Assembly: GCA_947626615.1 (NCBI GenBank)
Contig: CANQSW010000001.1
Span: 1-48,272 of the forward strand
Length of the DNA stretch: 48,272 bases
Origin: an uncultured Peptococcaceae bacterium
GTDB lineage: Bacteria > Bacillota > Dehalobacteriia > UBA4068 > UBA4997
Reading direction: 5' to 3'
Part shown: piece after piece, positions 40,710 to 48,272 of the stretch
Layout: every line of letters begins with the position of its first letter
How positions within the stretch are numbered: position 1 is the first letter of the stretch
Program-made: the position numbers and the translations under genes
The notes under the pieces: generated by a model
The model's database searches: none
What the model saw: only the letters and a program-made list of their open reading frames with translations
What the model was told of the DNA's origin: nothing

Positions 40710-43700
40710 TCATTCGTCGTCGTCCAGATCCAGATCATAGTCGTCTCTGGCTTCCGCCTCGCGGATATCCTCCAGACTTTCCATGCTTTCGGCGTCCAGC
40801 TTGAACTGGTCGAACTCTCTTTCCAGCTCGTCGGGGTTCAGACTGTCGAAATCCACCTCGTCGGCGTAATCGTCGTCGTCGCCCAGCGCCTCGTCGTCGA
40901 AATCGCCGTCGTCCGCGGGCTCGGGCAGCCCCGCGCCCAGGCTGAGCTGACGGTCAACGTCGCGCTCGTCCTCCGGCACGTTCACGTCATAATCGTCGTC
41001 GTCCTTGATATCCACCGTTTCGCCGTTTTTGTCCAGAATACTCACGTCCAGACACAGGCTTTGCAGCTCGCGCATCAGCACCTTAAAGGATTCGGGGATA
41101 CCCGGCTCCGGCACGTTCTCGCCCTTCACGATAGCCTCGTAGGTGCGTACGCGCCCGGCGATATCGTCGGATTTCACCGTCAATATCTCCTGCAGGGTGT
41201 AGGCGGCGCCGTAAGCCTCCAGCGCCCAAACCTCCATTTCGCCGAAGCGCTGGCCGCCAAACTGCGCCTTGCCGCCCAGCGGCTGCTGCGTCACCAGCGA
41301 ATACGGGCCGGTGGAGCGGGCGTGGATCTTGTCGTCCACCAGATGATGCAGCTTCAGATAATACATATAACCGACAGTCACCGGACTGTCGAAAGGCTCG
41401 CCGGTGCGGCCGTCATAAAGCACGGTCTTAGCGTCCTCGCGCATACCGGCTTCCGCCAGAGCGTTCGCGATATCCTCATCGTTAGCGCCGTCAAAAACGG
41501 GTGTGGCCACGTGCAGGCCCAATATCTTGGCGGCCATGCCCAGGTGCGTTTCCAATATCTGCCCGATATTCATACGTGAAGGCACGCCCAACGGGTTCAG
41601 CACGATCTGCACCGGCGTGCCGTCCGGCAGGAAGGGCATATCCTCCACCGGCAGAACGCGGGAAACAACGCCCTTGTTGCCGTGACGGCCGGCCATTTTA
41701 TCGCCGACGGAGATTTTCCGCTTCTGCGCGATGTAAATGCAGACCTTATGGTGTTCGCCGGGCTGCAGCTCGTCGCCCTTGGAAGCGTCCAGTATCTTGA
41801 TATCGACGATCTTGCCGCCCTCGCCATGCTTAACGCGGAGCGAGGTGTCGCGCACCTCTCTGGCCTTTTCGCCGAAGATAGCGCGCAGCAGGCGTTCCTC
41901 GGCCGTAAGCTCCGTTTCGCCCTTGGGCGTCACCTTGCCCACCAGAATATCGCCGGGGCGCACTTCCGCGCCGATACGGATAATGCCGTTTTCGTCCAGA
42001 TCCTTCAGAATGTCCTCGCCGACGTTGGGAATATCGCGGGTTATCTCCTCCGGCCCCAGCTTGGTGTCGCGCGCGGCACATTCGTGCTCCTCGATATGGA
42101 TAGAGGTGTAAATGTCGTTCTTCACCAGCTCCTCGCTCAGCAGAACGGCGTCCTCATAGTTATAGCCTTCCCAGGTCATGAAGGCCACCAGAGCGTTCCG
42201 CCCCAGCGACAGCTCGCCGTGGCAGGTGGAGGGGCCGTCCGCGATCGGATCGCCCTTATAAACGCGCTGGCCCAGGCTCACGATAGGCTTCTGGTTCACG
42301 CAGGTGCCCTGATTGGAGCGTTTGAATTTTTGCAGCTTGTGCACTTCGATCTCGCCGTCGTCGCGCTGCAGCACGATCTCGTCGCCGCAGACGCGGGTGA
42401 CCGTGCCGTCGCCGCCGGCCAGCTCGCAGACGCCGGAATCCAGACCGGCCTTGATCTCCATGCCCGTGCCGACGAACGGGGCTTCCGTCACCATCAGCGG
42501 CACGGCCTGGCGCTGCATATTCGCGCCCATCAGAGCGCGGTTTGCGTCGTCATGCTCCAGGAAAGGTATCAGCGCCGTCGCCACCGAGATCAGCTGCTGG
42601 GCGGAAACGTCCATATAGTTCACGTCGGCGGCCGCGGCCACGTAGATATCGTCGGCGTGGCGCGCGCTCACGCGCGTATTGATCAGACGGCCGTTAGCGT
42701 CCACCGGCTCGTTGGCCTGCGCGATAACGTAGTTATCCTCTTCGTCAGCCGTCATATAATCGATATCGTCCAGCACCTGACAATCCTTTACGCGGCGGTA
42801 CGGCGTCTCGATGAAGCCATACTCGTTGATGCGCGCGTAGGTGGCCAGAGAGCCGATCAGACCGATGTTCGGGCCTTCGGGCGTCTCGATCGGGCACATA
42901 CGGCCATAGTGGCTGTGGTGTACGTCGCGCACCTCAAAGCCCGCGCGCTCACGCGAGAGGCCGCCCGGGCCAAGAGCCGAAAGACGGCGCTTATGCGTCA
43001 GCTCGGAAAGCGGGTTGTGCTGATCCATAAACTGCGAAAGCTGGGAAGAACCGAAAAATTCCTTGATCGCGGCCTGCACCGGGCGGATATTCACCAGCAT
43101 CTGCGGGGTGATGACCTCGGTGTCCTGAATGGTCATGCGCTCTTTAACGGTGCGCTCCATGCGGGCCAGGCCGATGCGGAACTGGTTCTGCAGCAGCTCG
43201 CCCACCGAACGCAGGCGGCGGTTGCCCAAATGGTCGATGTCGTCCGGCTCATGCTTGCCGTCCATGACCTCCAGAAAATAGCGCAGGAAGCTCACGATGT
43301 CGATCTTGGTCAGATGACGGATAAAATGGTCGGCCTGCTTGGCGTTAGCCAGCTCGCCCTCGACGTAGGCCTGCTCCTCGTCGCTCCAGATCTTGCCGTC
43401 CTCGCGGGCAAACTTCCAGATACCGTTCTGCAGCTTTTTATGCACCTTATAGCGGCCCACGTTGCCAAGATCATAGCGTTTGGGGTCGAAATAATAGTTG
43501 TGCAGCTGGCTGTACGCGGAATCCACCGTCGGCGGCTCGCCCGGCCGCAGGCGTTTATATATCTCCAGCAGGGCCTGGCTGGAATTTTCCGTGCCGTCCT
43601 TTTCAAACGTCCGCTTGATCGCCTCGTGGTCGTCGAACAGCCCCAGAATATCCTCGTCGCTGTCATAACCGAGCGCGCGGATAAATATCGTCGCCGGGAT

Positions 43701-44270
43701 CTTGCGCATACGGTCGATACGCACGTAAACGTAACCGTTGGCGTCGCTTTCAAATTCCAGCCAGGCGCCGCGGTTGGGTATCAGCGTGCTGGTGAACAGC
43801 TTCGCGCCGTTCACGTCCGTTTCCGCATTGAAATACGCGCCGGGCGAGCGCACCAGCTGGCTCACCACCACGCGCTTGGCGCCGTTGATGACGAAAGAAC
43901 CGTTGGCGGTCATCAGCGGAAAATCGCCCATAAAAATTTCCTGCTCTTTGAGCTCGCCCGTCTCCTTGTTGATCAGGCGCACGCTCACCTTAAGCGGCGC
44001 GGCATAGCTGACGCCGCGCTCCTCGCACTCGTCCAGTTGATACTTCGGCTTCCCCAGGGAATAGCCAACGTAATCCAACACCAGACTGCCGATAGAATTT
44101 TGGATAGGGAAAACGTCCTCAAAAATCTCGTGCAGGCCGGTGTCCAAAAACCATTGATAAGAGTTGCGCTGCACGTCGATCAGATTGGGCATCTCCATGA
44201 TCTGATGATTGCGGGCGTAGCTGCGTCTTTCAATGATCGTACCGGTTGCGGCTTTTTCCAAAATATTCAC
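40710..44270 (-). CDS. rpoB: DNA-directed RNA polymerase subunit beta
   Basis: 1186 aa with conserved beta-subunit blocks (...[29 protein letters not shown]..., ...[16 protein letters not shown]...). The C-terminal roughly 100 aa are very acidic. Confidence 0.98.
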   Translation of the reverse strand: MNILEKAATGTIIERRSYARNHQIMEMPNLIDVQRNSYQWFLDTGLHEIFEDVFPIQNSIGSLVLDYVGYSLGKPKYQLDECEERGVSYAAPLKVSVRLINKETGELKEQEIFMGDFPLMTANGSFVINGAKRVVVSQLVRSPGAYFNAETDVNGAKLFTSTLIPNRGAWLEFESDANGYVYVRIDRMRKIPATIFIRALGYDSDEDILGLFDDHEAIKRTFEKDGTENSSQALLEIYKRLRPGEPPTVDSAYSQLHNYYFDPKRYDLGNVGRYKVHKKLQNGIWKFAREDGKIWSDEEQAYVEGELANAKQADHFIRHLTKIDIVSFLRYFLEVMDGKHEPDDIDHLGNRRLRSVGELLQNQFRIGLARMERTVKERMTIQDTEVITPQMLVNIRPVQAAIKEFFGSSQLSQFMDQHNPLSELTHKRRLSALGPGGLSRERAGFEVRDVHHSHYGRMCPIETPEGPNIGLIGSLATYARINEYGFIETPYRRVKDCQVLDDIDYMTADEEDNYVIAQANEPVDANGRLINTRVSARHADDIYVAAAADVNYMDVSAQQLISVATALIPFLEHDDANRALMGANMQRQAVPLMVTEAPFVGTGMEIKAGLDSGVCELAGGDGTVTRVCGDEIVLQRDDGEIEVHKLQKFKRSNQGTCVNQKPIVSLGQRVYKGDPIADGPSTCHGELSLGRNALVAFMTWEGYNYEDAVLLSEELVKNDIYTSIHIEEHECAARDTKLGPEEITRDIPNVGEDILKDLDENGIIRIGAEVRPGDILVGKVTPKGETELTAEERLLRAIFGEKAREVRDTSLRVKHGEGGKIVDIKILDASKGDELQPGEHHKVCIYIAQKRKISVGDKMAGRHGNKGVVSRVLPVEDMPFLPDGTPVQIVLNPLGVPSRMNIGQILETHLGMAAKILGLHVATPVFDGANDEDIANALAEAGMREDAKTVLYDGRTGEPFDSPVTVGYMYYLKLHHLVDDKIHARSTGPYSLVTQQPLGGKAQFGGQRFGEMEVWALEAYGAAYTLQEILTVKSDDIAGRVRTYEAIVKGENVPEPGIPESFKVLMRELQSLCLDVSILDKNGETVDIKDDDDYDVNVPEDERDVDRQLSLGAGLPEPADDGDFDDEALGDDDDYADEVDFDSLNPDELEREFDQFKLDAESMESLEDIREAEARDDYDLDLDDDE

Positions 44271-44668
44271 CCCTCAAAACAGAAAAATACGACGTTGTGC
44301 CACGCGCAGAGCCGGGCCGCGCCGGCGTTTGGGCAAGCCAAAATTGGTGCAGCGAATGTTCCGCCCACCAATATGCAGCAAAAATTATTTATTTTTGGCC
44401 CAACCGCCAAGCAAGAGCATAGTGCAAAAGGAACACCTCAAGCGTCGCCAATGCGCGTACTGAATTGCCGAAGCCCCTCAAAAAATTTCTCGGGACGGGC
44501 CGCGCGGAGGCCGGGCCGAAAGCCCCGCCGCTCAGGTCGAACCGCACCCAAAGCCGATTTTTACGTCGCTTACCCGCGGTTTTCCCCGATTCCGCCGCCC
44601 AAAAGCGGTATTTTGTCAGAAGAAAATGCTATAGGAGGAGATAATTCAAGCAATTTTATCAGATATAT

Positions 44669-44697
44669 ATCATACCATTTATTTAGCAGATAGTCAA
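44669..44697 (-). promoter_or_regulatory. near-consensus sigma-A promoter upstream of rpoB
   Basis: On the minus strand: TTGACT (44692-44697), 17-nt spacer, TGgTATGAT (-10 at 44669-44674). Lies about 400 nt upstream of the rpoB ATG. Confidence 0.55.
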
Positions 44698-44788
44698 TAA
44701 CTTCCGGGGATATTTTTTGCAATATTGGGCAGGTTTTTTGCCGCCCTTCGGCCAATATATGCAAAAACGCCGCCCGAAGGAGCAAAAT

Positions 44789-45292
44789 ATGAGCAAAACC
44801 ACCGTCTTTCACAACATCGCGCCGGTTTTCGCCGCTGATTCGCGCGTGCTGCTGCTCGGCACCATGCCCTCGCCGCAGAGCCGCCGGCAGGGCTTTTATT
44901 ACGGCCACCCGCAGAACCGCTTCTGGCCCACTCTGGCCGCGGTCTTTGACGCGCCCGCCCCGGCTCTGGACGATATCCCCGCCAAACGCCGCCTGCTGCT
45001 GGATAACCGTTTGGCGCTCTGGGACGTTCTGGCCGCCTGCGAGATCGCGGGCGCGGCGGACGGCTCTATCGCCGACCCTCGGCCCAACGATATCGCGGGC
45101 CTGCTTCGCCAGACCGAGATTTCGCGCGTTTTCTGCACCGGGCGGAAGGCCTGGCAGCTCTACCAAAAATTCTGCGCCGCCGCCTGCGGCATAGAAGCAG
45201 TCTGCCTCCCCTCCACCAGCCCGGCCAACCGCCGCGTCAGCGACGCCGAGCTGCTGGCGGCCTACCGGCAGATCAAGCAGGCGCTGCTTTGA
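44789..45292 (+). CDS. DNA-deoxyinosine (hypoxanthine) glycosylase-like, UDG superfamily
   Basis: 167 aa from the ATG at 44789 (RBS AAGGAG, 6-nt spacer). ...LLLGTMPSPQSRRQGFYYGHPQNRFW... matches my recollection of the deoxyinosine glycosylase family. The track ORF is extended to a TTG at 44717. Confidence 0.7.
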   Translation: MSKTTVFHNIAPVFAADSRVLLLGTMPSPQSRRQGFYYGHPQNRFWPTLAAVFDAPAPALDDIPAKRRLLLDNRLALWDVLAACEIAGAADGSIADPRPNDIAGLLRQTEISRVFCTGRKAWQLYQKFCAAACGIEAVCLPSTSPANRRVSDAELLAAYRQIKQALL

Positions 45293-45319
45293 AGCATATT
45301 TCCCCAAAAGGTGCACAAT

Positions 45320-47128
45320 ATGAAAAAACTTTTCTATCTTACGACTATGCTCGCGCTGCTGTTGGCGCTGCCGGCGCAGACACTGGCCTACGCCTTCTAC
45401 CCCGTGGCGCAGGATATAATCCTCACCGCCCCTGCGGACGGTACTGCGACCACGGCCGCAGCTATCAGCCTGCTCGGCGCGGCAGACCCCGCCAAGCCGC
45501 TCTATCTGGACGGCCGGCCCGTCGCCCTGACGGCGCACGGCTTTTTCACCGCCCGCGTCGAGCTTGCCCTTGGCGAGAACACGTTCACGCTCACGCAGGG
45601 CGATAACAGCAAAACTCTGCGCGTGATCCGCCGCGAACCCCGGCCCCAGCCGCCGGCCAGCCCGGAACGCTTCGTCAGTTTTGACGCGCCCCTCTGGGGC
45701 ACGGTCACGGCGGACAATATCACGCACCGCAGCCGCCCCGATTCGTCGCAGACGCTGCTGAACGCGCTCGCCCAAGGCACGCTCTGCCGCGCCGTCGGCG
45801 CTTACGGCGACTATTACTGCCTGGCCGACGGCACGTTCATCTTCCAGAATAATCTGGCGGAATGTGAACCCCCGGCGGAGGCGGTCGCCACGCTGCAAGA
45901 AGTGACGCTGACGGCGCAGACCGCCGCCCGCTGCACGGAGGTGAACCTGCTGCTCTCGCGCCCGACGCTATACGCGCTGACAGACGGCACGGACGCTTTC
46001 ACTATAACGCTCTATGACTGCACGGGCGAGATCGCGCCGGAATTGCCCGCCAACCCGCTGTTCGACGCGGCCACGGTGACAGCGGGCGAAGATAACGTCC
46101 TAACGCTGCAGCTGCAGAAAAAAAGCGCCGCAGAGATCTGCGGCTGGGCGGCCGAATGGCGCGGCGATTATCTGGTCGTCAGCCTAAAGCTGCGGCCCGC
46201 TGTAAAAGGCGGCGAGCTGCTCGCCCCCGACCTCACCGGCGCGGTCGTCCTGCTGGACGCCGGCCACGGCGGCAGCGACGGCGGCGCGCTTGGCCCCGGC
46301 GGCACGCTCGGCCCGCAGGAGAAGCACATCAACCTCGCTATCGCTAAATATACCAAAGCCCGGCTGGAGCAGCTCGGCGCCGCCGTCATCATGACGCGGA
46401 GCGATGACAAAGCCGTTTCCCTAAACGACCGCGTGACGCAGATATTGGACGCCAAGCCGGATCTCAGCATCTCCATACACAGCAACTCGCTGGAGGCCAC
46501 GGCCGATTATGCCGCCGCCAGCGGCAGCTTCGTTTATTACACCTACGATACTTCGTTTGAGGCGGCCCGGCAGGTCGCCGCGGCGCTCGCCCGGCTGGAC
46601 GCGGCCAACCACGCAAACCCCGTCCGCTCCAATCTGGCGCTGACACGGATAGAGAGCTGCCCCGCCATTTTGGTGGAAAACGCTTTTATGTCCAACCCGG
46701 CGGATTATGAGCAAATGCTGCAAACGGATTACCAGCAACGCTTCGGAGTGGCGCTGGCCGACACCGCCGCGGCTTATCTTCTGCAAAAATCTATTATCAG
46801 CACCAATATCGCCGCCAGCAGGCCGATAAACAGCGTGTCGAACGGCAGCGAGAGCAGATTGCCGCACAGCATAACGGCCACGCCGAGGCAGCTGGACGAC
46901 ACGGCCGCGCCCGGGCGTATCCGCCCCGGCCAGAACAGAGCCGTGGTCATCGGGGCGAGCAGCACCACGGCGCGCAGCCCCATAGACATCGAACCCCAGC
47001 CCAGTATCGCCGAGCCGGCGTTGCCCAGCGTGAAGGCCGCCGAGATGATAAGCGAGGCCAGAATGATCCCGCGCGAGACGGCCAGCAGCTTTTTGCCGTC
47101 CGCCTTGGGGTCGATGAACTCGCGATAG
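45320..47128 (+). CDS. secreted N-acetylmuramoyl-L-alanine amidase (Amidase_3 type) with N-terminal SH3-like region; 3-prime end questionable
   Basis: MKKLFYLTTMLALLLALPAQTLA signal peptide. The amidase core is VVLLDAGHGGSDGGALGP...DLSISIHSNS...PAILVENAFMSNP (about 46240-46785). The frame stays open to 47128, antisense to the SSS gene. Confidence 0.75.
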   Translation: MKKLFYLTTMLALLLALPAQTLAYAFYPVAQDIILTAPADGTATTAAAISLLGAADPAKPLYLDGRPVALTAHGFFTARVELALGENTFTLTQGDNSKTLRVIRREPRPQPPASPERFVSFDAPLWGTVTADNITHRSRPDSSQTLLNALAQGTLCRAVGAYGDYYCLADGTFIFQNNLAECEPPAEAVATLQEVTLTAQTAARCTEVNLLLSRPTLYALTDGTDAFTITLYDCTGEIAPELPANPLFDAATVTAGEDNVLTLQLQKKSAAEICGWAAEWRGDYLVVSLKLRPAVKGGELLAPDLTGAVVLLDAGHGGSDGGALGPGGTLGPQEKHINLAIAKYTKARLEQLGAAVIMTRSDDKAVSLNDRVTQILDAKPDLSISIHSNSLEATADYAAASGSFVYYTYDTSFEAARQVAAALARLDAANHANPVRSNLALTRIESCPAILVENAFMSNPADYEQMLQTDYQQRFGVALADTAAAYLLQKSIISTNIAASRPINSVSNGSESRLPHSITATPRQLDDTAAPGRIRPGQNRAVVIGASSTTARSPIDIEPQPSIAEPALPSVKAAEMISEARMIPRETASSFLPSALGSMNSR

Positions 47129-48141
47129 ATATCGCTGCTGATGATCGTGCCAAAGCCCAGCGCCATGCCGCTGCCCGTGCCGGCCACGGTGATCAGCAGC
47201 GTAGCCAGCGCCACCCCGGCCAAGGGCGCGGGCAAATATTGCAGGATAAAATCGGGGAACGCCCCGGCCGCCGCCATAGCCGGGAAATTCGCGCGCATAT
47301 AAAGCCCCACCAGCACGCTGAAGAAGCCCACCGGCAGAGCCAGCGCCGCCGCCAGCAGGCAGCCGCGCACGGCCGCCCGGTTGCTTTTGCCGATCATCAC
47401 GGCCTGCACGTACGTCTGGGTGGAGATGATGCCGAGCGCCACATTGAAGCACATACCAAGGTCCGTACCGACGCCGCGCGAAAGCAGGTTAAAATACTGC
47501 TCGGCCGGCAGAGCCCGCCAAAAGCCGCCGAAGCCTCCCTGCATCATCAGCGCCAACACGCCGCAGACGATAGCCGTCAGATACAGCAGCGTCAGCTTCA
47601 CCATGCCGAGCAGGCCGCTGCCCTTGATGCCGCCGAACAGGCCGTAGCAGACCATGATGACGACGCTGACCAGCGAGCAGGTAAGCGGCGAGAAGCCGAA
47701 CATCGAGCCCAAAAGCGCGTTGGCCGCCAATATCTGCGCCACGATGTTCAGCACGATGCCGATACCGGTCAGAACCGAGGTCACCAGCCCCGCCGTCCGG
47801 CCGTATTCCGCGCTGATTATCTCCTGTATCGTCATGCAGTCGCTCTGCCGCACGGGCTTAGCGTAGATCCAGGCCAAAAGCAGGCAGCCCAGGGCCGAGC
47901 CCAGCGTGAACCACCAGGCCGAAAAGCCGTGGGAAAACGCGCCCTCCGCCGTGCCGATGGTGGAGCTGCCGCCGATCATCGTGCCGGTTATGGTGGCGGC
48001 CACCAGCACCGCCCCGGCGCTTTTGCCGCCGGTGTTGAAATCCGCCGCGTTTTTCACCTTGCGGCCGGAAAGCACCCCCAGCGTCATGATCACGGCCAAA
48101 GTCGCCACGATGCTCACGATATGCCCCGCAGTCAAGGCCAT
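46774..48141 (-). CDS. sodium:solute symporter (SSS) family transporter
   Basis: 455 aa polytopic protein. N-terminus ...LGVLSGRKVKNAADFNTGGKSAGAVLVAATITGTMIGGSSTIG is typical of SSS carriers. Confidence 0.8.
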   Translation of the reverse strand: MALTAGHIVSIVATLAVIMTLGVLSGRKVKNAADFNTGGKSAGAVLVAATITGTMIGGSSTIGTAEGAFSHGFSAWWFTLGSALGCLLLAWIYAKPVRQSDCMTIQEIISAEYGRTAGLVTSVLTGIGIVLNIVAQILAANALLGSMFGFSPLTCSLVSVVIMVCYGLFGGIKGSGLLGMVKLTLLYLTAIVCGVLALMMQGGFGGFWRALPAEQYFNLLSRGVGTDLGMCFNVALGIISTQTYVQAVMIGKSNRAAVRGCLLAAALALPVGFFSVLVGLYMRANFPAMAAAGAFPDFILQYLPAPLAGVALATLLITVAGTGSGMALGFGTIISSDIYREFIDPKADGKKLLAVSRGIILASLIISAAFTLGNAGSAILGWGSMSMGLRAVVLLAPMTTALFWPGRIRPGAAVSSSCLGVAVMLCGNLLSLPFDTLFIGLLAAILVLIIDFCRR

Positions 48142-48144
48142 AGC

Positions 48145-48272
48145 TCAAACCTCCTCCATCTGCCGGGCGCGCCGGTATTCCTCGTATTGGCTGAAGATCA
48201 TCTTCACGGCCGAGCCGAGCGCCTTTTTCAGCGGGCCGAAATATACCCCCTCCAGCAGCCGCAGCAGCTCGT
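48145..48272 (-). CDS. 3-prime end of an unidentified gene (partial, continues beyond the right edge)
   Basis: Reverse complement reads ...ELLRLLEGVYFGPLKKALGSAVKMIFSQYEEYRRARQMEEV-stop. Its TGA lies 3 nt before the ATG of the SSS gene. Confidence 0.5.
   Translation of the reverse strand, partial: ELLRLLEGVYFGPLKKALGSAVKMIFSQYEEYRRARQMEEV

Noticed and set aside
40710-41010. Highly acidic C-terminal tail of about 100 aa on RpoB. Also the Ala-rich tail of RpoC and the basic tail of S3.
   Set aside because: Acidic C-terminal extensions of the beta subunit, and low-complexity tails on these proteins, occur in other Firmicutes. Nothing in the sequence suggests a separate function.

Overview
GC-rich Firmicutes/Clostridia-type chromosome segment, transcribed almost entirely on the minus strand. 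Reading the minus strand from right to left:
- an SSS transporter
- rpoB-rpoC, with their own promoter and terminator
- two paralogous putative lipoprotein genes
- the str operon (L7Ae-like gene, rpsL, rpsG, fusA, tuf)
- the S10-spc-alpha ribosomal block (rpsJ through a truncated rpsD, including secY, adk, map, a KOW protein, infA and rpmJ)

Three genes lie on the plus strand: a deoxyinosine-glycosylase-like gene, a cell-wall amidase and an XRE regulator.

The notable part is that tuf does not run into rpsJ. Between them sits a visibly AT-rich block of about 15.2 kb (14913-30084), bounded by a perfect 75-bp direct repeat (14838-14912 and 30085-30159) whose unit looks like the tuf terminator.

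The block has no recognisable integrase, transposase, nuclease or ATPase. It encodes:
- an XRE switch with back-to-back promoters
- a small-protein/DUF4190-like/lgt operon
- an ORF-poor stretch of about 1.1 kb
- a co-directional run of envelope proteins: a Cys-rich lipoprotein, a coiled-coil protein with three zinc ribbons, and three proteins built as N-terminal zinc ribbon, TM helix, ectodomain. One of these carries a His/Cys caspase-gingipain-like motif pair plus a vWA/MIDAS domain and a second C-terminal TM anchor.
- two SLH-anchored surface proteins

I regard this zinc-ribbon/vWA envelope cluster, and its insertion at the tuf-rpsJ junction, as the best candidate for something undescribed. 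All domain calls are from reading motifs by eye; no searches were run.
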